Under the pieces are notes generated by a model that saw only the letters and a program-made list of their open reading frames with translations, was not told the origin of the DNA and searched no databases. Of a stretch of DNA of 64,000 bases, positions 36,569 to 45,573 are shown one piece after another. How positions within the stretch are numbered: the stretch's first letter is position 1; every line of letters starts with the position of its first letter. Location of the stretch: the sequence record MZ477002.1; one strand, given 5' to 3'. The DNA is from Acinetobacter phage Phab24. Made by a program: the position numbers and the translations under genes.

Positions 36569-36838
36569 TTAACCTTTAAATAACCCTTTTAAGTCAGAAA
36601 TCAACTTTTCTACATTAGCGTGTTGATATGATTCATGAGGTTTAACTTTAAACTCGACATAACCAATATCTTCATCGTGAATAAGAAACTTTAATACCAC
36701 TTCGGGTTTTGGTGAATATGCGTATAACATTCTATTAACGTCTACATCCAATAAGTTATCACAAGTTAAACCCTTCAAACCAACAACTTTTGATTCAACA
36801 TCAATCTTCTTAATAGTTTCTTTAACTGTAATTTTCAT
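36569..36838 (-). CDS. hypothetical protein (89 aa)
   Basis: ORF track. Confidence 0.5.
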   Translation of the reverse strand: MKITVKETIKKIDVESKVVGLKGLTCDNLLDVDVNRMLYAYSPKPEVVLKFLIHDEDIGYVEFKVKPHESYQHANVEKLISDLKGLFKG

Positions 36839-36839
36839 T

Positions 36840-37067
36840 TTATAACACCTCTATAGCTTCTAGAACATTAATATACGTATATATCACTTTACCATTTAAA
36901 GTAACTGAATACTCACAACCAACTTTCTCAATTAAAAGTTTATCACCAAAAACATTTTGATATGTGTGTAATGCACACCGACCAGAAGTCTTTGACTCAG
37001 CTAATACGTAGTTTTTGAAATTTTCTAGAACATCAAAAATATTTTCTTTCTCTAGAATTTTCATCAT
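36840..37067 (-). CDS. hypothetical protein (75 aa)
   Basis: ORF track. Confidence 0.45.
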   Translation of the reverse strand: MMKILEKENIFDVLENFKNYVLAESKTSGRCALHTYQNVFGDKLLIEKVGCEYSVTLNGKVIYTYINVLEAIEVL

Positions 37068-38035
37068 TTAGACACCGTTGTCAAAGCTTTAGTTTCACCA
37101 CGTAAGTTTGTTGCTCTACTAACAGCACCACAATTACCACAACGATATGCTTCGTATTGGTATCTAGTAGTGGTTGCTAACTTATTCAACTTAGATACGT
37201 TATGATGCCCACAATTAGGACATGCCAATTCAGAACTATCATTAAATGTAGCAAGATTGACCCCATCATTTGAATACCCTCTTAATTTTAAATACACTTC
37301 CCGAAGGGTTTGTATATCACCTCGGTTATAGGCAGCCATCTCTTCTAAAATTTCATCAGAATAACCAATAGAGGCAAGCTTCCAGAATTTATTACCATCA
37401 TTACTAATTTTCTGAGTTACATTTAAATATTGTGCTAAATATTTTAGACTCTTAAAAGGTGTTCTAAACATCTTCTTAGCAATACTCAATGTATCAATCA
37501 CCTTATAAGGGGACGGTAAAGGTAAGTTATAACGAAGGAATGCTGCATTAATTTCCTTGATGTCATAACCACGACCATTGTGAGCTACAACGACATTTGC
37601 CTGATCTAATAAATGCCAAATTTTTAGAACCAAATCAAAATCAATATCTGTTGTTACATCATTCTGCACGATAGATCGAAGTAAATCACCTCGAATTGCT
37701 TCCGCTTTTAAAACCTCACTACGAATATCCCCGTCACCCCACGCATAAGAAAAAGAAAGAATATAACTCTCTTTTAACTTAGCCTCTTGAGCTAAATTAA
37801 CACCCCATTGTTGATAGTGACCAGAAAAAGCAAAAGTTTTTTCAATATCAATATAAAGCATTTTCTGATTTTTATTCAACAATGCGTCAACAGCTTGTTG
37901 CTCTACATCATGTCGTGCGAAAAAATCATTGATAGAACTTTTCTGTGTTTTTCTCCAACCTAACTTCTCACAAATCTTTCTTGATGATAACCCTTGCTCT
38001 CGATATTCAAGGGCTTTGATTTGCCAATCTTTCAT
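37064..38035 (-). CDS. DEDD-family (DnaQ-like) 3'-5' exonuclease with C-terminal zinc ribbon
   Basis: LYIDIEKTFAFSG is Exo I, VVAHNGRGYDI is Exo II, and YNRGDIQTLREVY is Exo III (YxxxD). C-terminal CPNCGHH...CGNCG. Confidence 0.65.
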   Translation of the reverse strand: MKDWQIKALEYREQGLSSRKICEKLGWRKTQKSSINDFFARHDVEQQAVDALLNKNQKMLYIDIEKTFAFSGHYQQWGVNLAQEAKLKESYILSFSYAWGDGDIRSEVLKAEAIRGDLLRSIVQNDVTTDIDFDLVLKIWHLLDQANVVVAHNGRGYDIKEINAAFLRYNLPLPSPYKVIDTLSIAKKMFRTPFKSLKYLAQYLNVTQKISNDGNKFWKLASIGYSDEILEEMAAYNRGDIQTLREVYLKLRGYSNDGVNLATFNDSSELACPNCGHHNVSKLNKLATTTRYQYEAYRCGNCGAVSRATNLRGETKALTTVSK

Positions 38036-38238
38036 TTATTTTCCTCAATTGAACATATACAATCTGGTAAGCACTCTTTTGCCGATCTCCACTCAAAATC
38101 CCAATCAGTATCGACAATCTCAGGTTCTGAGACGTATTCTCCTTTAGTCACCCTCTCTAAAGCTTCTTCTAATGAATTAGCTTCTACAGCGAAGGTTTCC
38201 TCACCCTTAATAGGAACAGTAAACCAATATACACTCAC
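38032..38238 (-). CDS. hypothetical protein (68 aa)
   Basis: ORF track. Confidence 0.45.
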   Translation of the reverse strand: MSVYWFTVPIKGEETFAVEANSLEEALERVTKGEYVSEPEIVDTDWDFEWRSAKECLPDCICSIEENK

Positions 38239-38501
38239 TCAACAATCTCCACATGGTTAATTGATTCATAGAATACTTTAGAAATAAATAAAGCATTAAA
38301 CAACAACTCAGCATCCATATCTTTACCTTCAAAGAATTCATCATAAGCAGAAAGAAGACTTTCGTCTTCCTCTTTGATGTCGATACTTAGAAGATTCTCG
38401 TGATTCTTATACACCAAATAGAACTTTTCAAGCTCTTCTGTTGTTGGTAAGAAATCAGAAAGTGTAACATTCAAAATATTATTCATCGTCTTCAGTTTCA
38501 C
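38235..38501 (-). CDS. hypothetical protein (88 aa)
   Basis: ORF track. Confidence 0.45.
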   Translation of the reverse strand: MKLKTMNNILNVTLSDFLPTTEELEKFYLVYKNHENLLSIDIKEEDESLLSAYDEFFEGKDMDAELLFNALFISKVFYESINHVEIVE

Positions 38502-38793
38502 CTAACAGAATTTGATACTTATCAATCAGTGATTCTAGTTTCTCAACACTACCTTCAATATCGTCCTTCAATTGAGCTTCCACAAGCTTGTTAACTTCTG
38601 TCTTACTAAGTTTAAATGCATCCGCTACTACTGACACATCATCCTTCAAAAGCTCCTGTGAGCGATGTACAGAGGCTTTCTGACGAGCTAAATTATGGAT
38701 AGCTTCAACAAACTGCTTTCGACCTTCTGGTTTAGCAATAATCTCATCAAATGTTTTGTTTTCGTTTTGTTCAATAGTTTTTAAATCAGTCAT
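38479..38793 (-). CDS. hypothetical protein (104 aa)
   Basis: ORF track. Confidence 0.5.
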   Translation of the reverse strand: MTDLKTIEQNENKTFDEIIAKPEGRKQFVEAIHNLARQKASVHRSQELLKDDVSVVADAFKLSKTEVNKLVEAQLKDDIEGSVEKLESLIDKYQILLGETEDDE

Positions 38794-38817
38794 CTTAAAT
38801 CTCCAATAATAAATAAA

Positions 38818-39123
38818 TTATACAAGTTTCCATTCGGTAATAACAACAGTCTTTTCAACTGGAATTACTTCATGTAAATTAACACCACCAGCATCATCGT
38901 GTGTATAGTGATAACCTGAGCTGTAGCTACCAGTCCGATTTAAAGTGTATTTGTAATACTTTCCAGTTGAAGTACATTTAACAACGCTTTTTTGAATATC
39001 ATAAGTACCATCAGATATCCAATCACCTTCTTCAATCATCTGCCACTTATCACCTTCAATCGGGTCAATACGAGCATATTCAACACCTTCAAAGTCTTCT
39101 AATTTAACAAATAAACTAGGCAT
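38818..39123 (-). CDS. hypothetical protein (101 aa)
   Basis: ORF track. Confidence 0.5.
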   Translation of the reverse strand: MPSLFVKLEDFEGVEYARIDPIEGDKWQMIEEGDWISDGTYDIQKSVVKCTSTGKYYKYTLNRTGSYSSGYHYTHDDAGGVNLHEVIPVEKTVVITEWKLV

Positions 39124-39685
39124 TACCTTCTCCCAACATAATTTCCTCTAAAAGCTGCTTTTGAGCTTTCTTTGTTTTAGGTATTAATTCTATTCCAAGT
39201 GATTTAAGTTTGTCAACAACTTTATTGCTATCTTTACAAATATTAATAAACTCTTTTTTAATTTTAGCTTGCTCGAATGTAATACCGTCTTTCTGAGAAA
39301 GACTCACTACTTCATGACACTCTTTACAAACAAGACGTAAATCATCTTTTGTGACCATAACCATATCAATAACGAATTGTTGGATGTCGTTAATTTCTGT
39401 GAATTTACTAAAGTGTGACCTGATATGATCTACCTGAATATCAGATTGTTTAAACAAACCTTCACAAAGTTCACATTTACAACCCCATACTGTAGGTTTA
39501 TTACCTCTTGGGTTTGGGTTTGGAATTTGAACTCTTCGCTCCTGAATTACTTGTAGCTTCACGGGGTTCTTTTCCCAACATCCTCTACGAATACCACCAC
39601 GTATAAAACTTAAATATTTAGACTTCGTGTTCCAAATATCAGAGTGCTTCTCAAGAATTTCTTCTAGTTTTTCTTCAGGTGTCAT
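39116..39685 (-). CDS. HNH nuclease (189 aa)
   Basis: CKCELCEGLF....IQVDHIRSH........CKECH is a classic HNH arrangement. Confidence 0.6.
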   Translation of the reverse strand: MTPEEKLEEILEKHSDIWNTKSKYLSFIRGGIRRGCWEKNPVKLQVIQERRVQIPNPNPRGNKPTVWGCKCELCEGLFKQSDIQVDHIRSHFSKFTEINDIQQFVIDMVMVTKDDLRLVCKECHEVVSLSQKDGITFEQAKIKKEFINICKDSNKVVDKLKSLGIELIPKTKKAQKQLLEEIMLGEGNA

Positions 39686-39896
39686 GTATCACCCATTCTA
39701 TTTCGTTCTGAGATGACTCTTCTCCTTCATGGTTTTCACAAGTCTTATTACTACAATAGCACCACCAATCAGAGTATTTAGATTGAGGAAATTTTTCTGT
39801 GTCCCAATTAACACAGCAATAAATAACATCCCAACCGCAGGACTTACAGGAGACACCTTTTTTAATCCAAACATTATCACTCATAATTATTATCAT
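39675..39896 (-). CDS. Cys-rich zinc-finger small protein (73 aa)
   Basis: CKSCGW...CC...CYCSNKTCENH. Confidence 0.45.
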   Translation of the reverse strand: MIIIMSDNVWIKKGVSCKSCGWDVIYCCVNWDTEKFPQSKYSDWWCYCSNKTCENHEGEESSQNEIEWVIHDT

Positions 39897-40818
39897 CCAC
39901 TAAGAACTCATTAACATCAAAAATTTTATTTCTTTTTGGTGTTATATAAATTAACTTACCTGTAAAATCTAAAGCTTCCTTCCAACCATCACCATAAGAC
40001 AACTTATAAACATCTACTAGACGATTCTTCATTTCAGGAATAGATTCTTTTACATCTTCTAATAGCTTCTTAGCTGTCCCTTCACCAATAGATTTAGTTG
40101 ATACTTTATACTTCTCTTTTAATTCTGGTGAAACAAAGTCAATACCTTTAATATTATCCGTCCCTCTATCCCCAATCATCAACTGAATGCAAAGATTGTA
40201 AAAAGCTTGTTCTGGTGAAATCCAGAATACACCCATATCAAGATAGCCGTAGTTTAAAAAGAAGGCTGATTGGTTAAACAGGTCTTTATCAACACAAGAT
40301 ATAACACCATTCTCATCAGCTAAAGCGTCTGCTAGACAATGATCTTCCGCTTCATATCCGTGACAGACAATTGGTTTGTATTTCTTAACAGCGTATGAGT
40401 AACAATACTTATGTAATAAAGGTTTTGCAGCTCGATTGCCTTTGTAATTCTCATCCAATTGTTTTCGGAAATTATCAACACCACCAACATAATAAGAAAC
40501 TTTATCAATCCATTCTCTATCTAAGATAGCATCAACTTTTGCGTTTATGTTTCCGTATGCAAAATATAGAATTGGAACTTCAAAGTCATTTATTGTAAAG
40601 TTCTTACCTTTATCGTCATGATCTAAGAAGTTCTGGAAAGCATCAAAGTTTTCAAATGTTTTTGTTCTTCCTGTTTTCTTATGTGTAACTTGACATGGTT
40701 GTTTTGCACATGAAGCAGCAGCAGAGAATATACAAGTATCCATATCAACATATAAATTATATTTCTTATTATAATCAAACTTGTCAAAATCATAACAAGA
40801 GTAATCTCTCTTCGACAC
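39877..40818 (-). CDS. 5'-3' exonuclease / flap endonuclease (FEN, RNase H-like)
   Basis: YKGNRAAKP, GYEAEDH and IGDRGTDNIKGI are PIN/FEN metal-binding motifs. This is a T5 D15 / T4 RNase H-type protein. Confidence 0.75.
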   Translation of the reverse strand: MSKRDYSCYDFDKFDYNKKYNLYVDMDTCIFSAAASCAKQPCQVTHKKTGRTKTFENFDAFQNFLDHDDKGKNFTINDFEVPILYFAYGNINAKVDAILDREWIDKVSYYVGGVDNFRKQLDENYKGNRAAKPLLHKYCYSYAVKKYKPIVCHGYEAEDHCLADALADENGVISCVDKDLFNQSAFFLNYGYLDMGVFWISPEQAFYNLCIQLMIGDRGTDNIKGIDFVSPELKEKYKVSTKSIGEGTAKKLLEDVKESIPEMKNRLVDVYKLSYGDGWKEALDFTGKLIYITPKRNKIFDVNEFLVDDNNYE

Positions 40819-40885
40819 TATCCCTCCTATGTGAATAAATCAATATAACACAACCATAAAAATAAAATTAAAATATAAAGTGTTA

Positions 40886-41083
40886 TCATGTTTTATATGC
40901 TAAATAAATCAAAACACCTAACATGATAATTAACCATAAACCAAAAGAAATGATCATAGGTAAAAATACTAACCACCATGACCATGTAATAACACCTGTT
41001 AACTTCAGCGTAATAAATACAATTGTTAACAAACCAACAAAACCAATACCACCACTGCTTGTATTGTTATTTACTTGTGACAT
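40886..41083 (-). CDS. small membrane protein (65 aa, 2 TM)
   Basis: Two hydrophobic helices. Confidence 0.45.
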   Translation of the reverse strand: MSQVNNNTSSGGIGFVGLLTIVFITLKLTGVITWSWWLVFLPMIISFGLWLIIMLGVLIYLAYKT

Positions 41084-41097
41084 TATTTAGTTCTCCG

Positions 41098-41850
41098 TTA
41101 ATCATTAATATCAACCTCATAATTCATAAGAGCTTGAAAAGCTCTCTCATCTATTTGATCTTTCCATCTATGTGCTAATTCCCTAGCATAAGATTCTTTA
41201 GCTTCTTTATATGCTTTAAAAGCTTCTTCTGGTGTATTGAAATAACCCAAAACTTTATCCACATTGTCAATTTTAATCCTTGCTGAAAACTTGTTTTTAT
41301 ATTTCGAAAAAGAAACACCACAAGGGTATAGACTCCTGAATTTCTTTCCACTTAATAAAAAAGTATTTAATCTAGGTGGAAGAAAACAACAGGTATCCTT
41401 AGAATAAACCTTATTCCCCTTAATTAGTAGGTCTTTATCTAAATGCCAACCAACCTTATCAGACCCGACCATACCAAGAACATCATTTTTAAAACTAGAG
41501 TAAATTAACCAATCATCAGACATGGTGCATTCTTTATAAGTTGGTCTAATTCTGTGAATATTATCACTATAGCATCTCTTGATAATATTATTCCATAAAA
41601 CATACTCCTTGTCAGAAACTTTATTTGTTTTTGTTCTAATATCACACACACCAACCCCACATATCTTACTATTCTTATGATAAGGGTTTCTAACTGAACC
41701 TGATTTTAAATCACCAAGTCTGGTCTTTAATAAAAACAAACCTTCATAAAACAAAACAACAATTTCTTTATTATTTTTATAATCAATAATAAAACATTTT
41801 CCACTCTTTGTTTCAAATTCAGTCCCAATCAAGTCTAACTTACTTACCAT
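41098..41850 (-). CDS. HNH-like homing endonuclease with AP2 domain
   Basis: GWHLDKDLLIKGNKVYSKDTCCFLPPRLNTFL plus AP2-like YPCGVSFSKYKNKFSARIKI...LGYFNTPEEAFKAY. Confidence 0.75.
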   Translation of the reverse strand: MVSKLDLIGTEFETKSGKCFIIDYKNNKEIVVLFYEGLFLLKTRLGDLKSGSVRNPYHKNSKICGVGVCDIRTKTNKVSDKEYVLWNNIIKRCYSDNIHRIRPTYKECTMSDDWLIYSSFKNDVLGMVGSDKVGWHLDKDLLIKGNKVYSKDTCCFLPPRLNTFLLSGKKFRSLYPCGVSFSKYKNKFSARIKIDNVDKVLGYFNTPEEAFKAYKEAKESYARELAHRWKDQIDERAFQALMNYEVDIND

Positions 41851-41853
41851 AAC

Positions 41854-42207
41854 TTAACCTGATTTATTTAAGGATTTACGTTTATCATTATAAGCCCTTT
41901 CAACTCTAGCTCGAATGTGTTTATACGCATAAAGATTGAGTTCTGGATTTTTCATATTAAGAGCATCTGCTACGACCCTATATATTGTCAATATCTCAGC
42001 TTCAGTAAAATCATCCAGATCTTTCTTGATTGTCTTTCTAAATGATCTGTAAATTTGCTTACTTCTCAGAGTAACAAAAAACCTTCGATGTTGAACAGCT
42101 TTACGAGCAAGTTTTGCTTTTTCGTATGTAGATAAATCCTTTAGATCCTCCTCGTCTTCAACTGTATAAACTTCCTCTACAAACTCATCATCTACATAAT
42201 CATTCAT
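41854..42207 (-). CDS. hypothetical protein (117 aa)
   Basis: ORF track. Confidence 0.5.
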   Translation of the reverse strand: MNDYVDDEFVEEVYTVEDEEDLKDLSTYEKAKLARKAVQHRRFFVTLRSKQIYRSFRKTIKKDLDDFTEAEILTIYRVVADALNMKNPELNLYAYKHIRARVERAYNDKRKSLNKSG

Positions 42208-42218
42208 AATATACCCAA

Positions 42219-42371
42219 CTACTTAGTTTTCTTTTTCTCAAATGATGCTTGATATGTTGCAAACTGTAAAGCTGTATTAAATTGATCAGCTTTCTTTGTA
42301 TTCACATAAATTGCGTCAGAAACACTACCCATATCTAAAGTTAGCATTCCAATTTTAATTATTTTAGTCAT
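42219..42371 (-). CDS. hypothetical small protein (50 aa)
   Basis: Not in the ORF track. GGAGAAATAA RBS plus ATG at 42371. Confidence 0.4.
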   Translation of the reverse strand: MTKIIKIGMLTLDMGSVSDAIYVNTKKADQFNTALQFATYQASFEKKKTK

Positions 42372-42425
42372 TTATTTCTCCAAGAATTAGGAAGGGGCTT
42401 TTTGCCCCTTATTTAAGATTATTAT

Positions 42426-43442
42426 TTAAAACGGTAATGAATCATCCAAATCTTCATCAGTAACAACAGACTCTTTAACTTTGACCTCATCTTTCTTCAT
42501 AAAAGACTGAGGACGAACTTCAAGTAATTGAGCTTGAATAGCACTTCCTTCAAAGTTAGTAGCATTCTCAATTGTATTGATTACGTGCTTACGTAGTTCT
42601 TTCAAAGAATCTGCATCATTAACCTCATCAAACTGAATCAAATGTACTTTATCAACACTCTCTTCTTTTTGACCACGACCTAAAGCTCCAACAAAAGACA
42701 TTTTCTCCGTGTAATACTTCTTACCATCTTTACCAATTGTGTTCTTAATCTGAACTTTAAATTGCAATGTCTTACCAAGAAGTTTATCAATGTCTTGTGG
42801 AAGGAAAGCTTCCTCTTGCTTGATAATCTTAGCTGCTACTGCCATTTTATGTAAAACAGATTTTGGATTAAGTGACCAAACCTTTTCACCATCAACTTTT
42901 GAAATGTTTGTAACCTTCAAAGGTAATAAGTTTTGAATAATCATTTTCTTTTGGAAAGGATTATAGAATTGACCACCAGACCACAAACGTAATGGTTTAG
43001 TTTCACCAGAATCATCACCGAAGAATTGACCTTTGTCTAATTGGATTGATGGGAAATCAACAGCAAATGCAACCGATTGACGATCTTTCTGCTTTACAAA
43101 TTTCTTAATAATCCAATCTTTCTTTTGACCATCGTAAGCTTTAGCGAATTTAGTAATTTTACCGTACTGTTCATCATCAGGGAAGTTAGATGCTAATTGA
43201 TCTTTATACTTCTCCATTAACTCTTCAACAGTTAAATTCTCATCACCAGCATCAACATCATACTCTGAGTCAGGTTGTTTTTGATTACCTAAATCTACAA
43301 TTGCAGAAATTACACCAGTTAAAGTTTCTGGTTGTTCACACTCTGCTGTATCTATAATATATTGATTGAGAGCTTCGAAATTGACAGTTACTTTTGGTTT
43401 AGTTTCTGAACTTGTAGATGTATTATATGCGTTAAAAGCCAT
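42426..43442 (-). CDS. putative single-stranded DNA-binding protein
   Basis: 338 aa with the acidic C-terminal tail ...DEDLDDSLPF, like the E. coli SSB DDDIPF or phage gp2.5/gp32 acidic tails. It sits in the replication operon. AGGAGTAAATAAAATG RBS. Confidence 0.45.
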   Translation of the reverse strand: MAFNAYNTSTSSETKPKVTVNFEALNQYIIDTAECEQPETLTGVISAIVDLGNQKQPDSEYDVDAGDENLTVEELMEKYKDQLASNFPDDEQYGKITKFAKAYDGQKKDWIIKKFVKQKDRQSVAFAVDFPSIQLDKGQFFGDDSGETKPLRLWSGGQFYNPFQKKMIIQNLLPLKVTNISKVDGEKVWSLNPKSVLHKMAVAAKIIKQEEAFLPQDIDKLLGKTLQFKVQIKNTIGKDGKKYYTEKMSFVGALGRGQKEESVDKVHLIQFDEVNDADSLKELRKHVINTIENATNFEGSAIQAQLLEVRPQSFMKKDEVKVKESVVTDEDLDDSLPF

Positions 43443-43935
43443 TTTATTTACTCCTATTATTACACTCTTTGTGTTTTTATTTTAAATATTAATAGACGCT
43501 TTATGCGTTTTTTAATTGTGGAAGTGATAGTCTATTCCTATCAGCCACCGAGCTGAATAACTCAGAATTAATACAAGCATCAATCGGGATTTCATGCCCC
43601 AACCTATTTTCAACTCATACTAAAATCAACCAATTCTGTATAACACAAATGTCACACAATGCAGGTTGTTGCACTTGGTAGTAGTTGCCAGTCTATTCCT
43701 AGCAGTCAAAACAAGTAACCGACCACATAAGCAATCCTCTATACAGAATAAATCACTTGTTTAATAGATTGATCGGCAACGTGCGAATAGTTGCTGGGTT
43801 GTTTCAAATAGCGCTTCTAATGCCACCCTATTGCTAATGGATACTGTCTCGCCCACAGATTCGATCAATCTAGATAAGTATTATTGCAAACATAAATTCC
43901 ATTGTCAACAATAACAATGTTAAGAAATGTTAATG

Positions 43936-44958
43936 TTATCCATTAATATCCTCAAGAAGTCCTTTTACTGCACGATTTACTTCTTCTTTGTCATTCCAAT
44001 AAATAGCATTTAACAATACGTACTTCCACCCTTTTGAGAATTTTAACACTTTGTGTATATTCTTCTCATCCTCAAGAGATGTTTCACTAATAAAGATTGG
44101 AATGTGATTGTTAATACCAAACTCAGAGTACCAAAGAGCTTTGCTCAGCTCTTGAACATCATCGTCTTTCTTACCGACTCTCCAACAATATTTTAAAACA
44201 TTACCGTAAACAAAAGACATATTCTTTGTAATATCAATACATTCAACACCACTCTCATCTGAAGTGTAGTGTTTAGGTTTATTAACTACATCGTCTACTG
44301 GTTTGTCTTGCTTTTCTACATACGGTTTAATAACATCAGAATCACCTTTACGAAGCAGAACAAGATCGTCAATATGGTAGACGAAAATATCATTCTCAAC
44401 TGTCACACCATAAATACCATCAACTTTCATTGATTCTCCGACCTGTTTCATATTCTTGTTCCAATCATACATATCCGTTGTATTTTTCTTAGAAACAATA
44501 CGTACAATATCACAAGTTTCAATTTTCTCTTTTTCAACTACAACATCTAATTGTAAATCACCAGCATTAATCCAAATTGAAGCCTCCTCAAAGTCAACAA
44601 GAATAGGGTTATAAGTACCACCATCATTTTCACGTACAGTACCTTTGATACCTTCTTTTAAATTATAATATTGTGCATTATCAGCACGAGCGTTAGTTAA
44701 AATAACTTTATCACCAGCTTTCAATTCACCAACTTTATTTTCAACATCTTCTTCAACCAATTTAATACCCTCCTCACTAAACCATAAACCATTATCACCA
44801 GTTTTGATAGCATCTAACTTCACAAAATATGGAACACCATCACCAACATCGGATGCAATATCGACAACACCAATATCACCAATGTTAGCTCCATGCTCCG
44901 ATGCTACAGAACTAATAAACTCTACAACCTCTACTTTATCACCTTTTTTATATTTCAT
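43936..44958 (-). CDS. DUF3310-domain protein (340 aa)
   Basis: C-terminal KPKHYTSDESGVECIDITKNMSFVYGNVLKYCWRVGKK matches the DUF3310 signature (HY..IE.IDI....GN.lKY..R.G.K). Confidence 0.55.
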   Translation of the reverse strand: MKYKKGDKVEVVEFISSVASEHGANIGDIGVVDIASDVGDGVPYFVKLDAIKTGDNGLWFSEEGIKLVEEDVENKVGELKAGDKVILTNARADNAQYYNLKEGIKGTVRENDGGTYNPILVDFEEASIWINAGDLQLDVVVEKEKIETCDIVRIVSKKNTTDMYDWNKNMKQVGESMKVDGIYGVTVENDIFVYHIDDLVLLRKGDSDVIKPYVEKQDKPVDDVVNKPKHYTSDESGVECIDITKNMSFVYGNVLKYCWRVGKKDDDVQELSKALWYSEFGINNHIPIFISETSLEDEKNIHKVLKFSKGWKYVLLNAIYWNDKEEVNRAVKGLLEDING

Positions 44959-45111
44959 ACTAAATCTCCTTTAACGAAAAAATTCAAGCAACTTATCTGC
45001 TTGTTCAATGTAATAACTGTAATTAATATCCCACTTGAAATCATTAATATTATTACATGTCTTTACTTTAATACCACTCTCAATACTCATGCGTCTATCG
45101 AGATTGCTGTA

Positions 45112-45561
45112 TTAATGGCATTGGTACTTTCGCAAATACTTTAATGCGCTTTCAATAAGTGTCTCAGAATCGTTAAAAAATCCCAACCCTCTGTTGCAGC
45201 TACCGCAAAGAAGTCCTCTTACCTTGCCTGTATCATGATCATGGTCTACACAAGCTCTAGACTTAGTCCTCTTCCTTTCTGTTGCAAACTCAATATCTGT
45301 CATCGGCTCTGTGCAAATTTTACACTTGCCAGATTGAGAATTCCACATTAACATATATTCTTCTCGCGTTATTCCATAGCATCGTTTCCAATTCTGTTCT
45401 CTTTGCAGTCTTAATACATGCTCTCTATTGTTCTCTCTGTACTTACGCCTCGCCTCTTTATCGCAAGAAATACAACGGCTCTCTTTTCCATCCTTACTTC
45501 TCTTTAAATTGTAGAAGTCGTGCAAAGACTTTACTTCTTTGCACACACGACATTTTTTCAA
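45112..45561 (-). CDS. recombination endonuclease VII (T4 gp49-like Holliday-junction resolvase)
   Basis: N-terminal CRVC...CISC zinc site, and ACVDHDHDTGKVRGLLCGSCNRGLG. Confidence 0.8.
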   Translation of the reverse strand: MKKCRVCKEVKSLHDFYNLKRSKDGKESRCISCDKEARRKYRENNREHVLRLQREQNWKRCYGITREEYMLMWNSQSGKCKICTEPMTDIEFATERKRTKSRACVDHDHDTGKVRGLLCGSCNRGLGFFNDSETLIESALKYLRKYQCH

Positions 45562-45573
45562 AAAACCTCCTTA

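Noticed and set aside
43443-43935. Possible group I intron in the ORF-free GC-rich spacer
   Set aside because: It lies between two complete genes rather than inside one. I found no P7 (GACTA...TAGTC) R/S core elements and no internal homing-endonuclease ORF.
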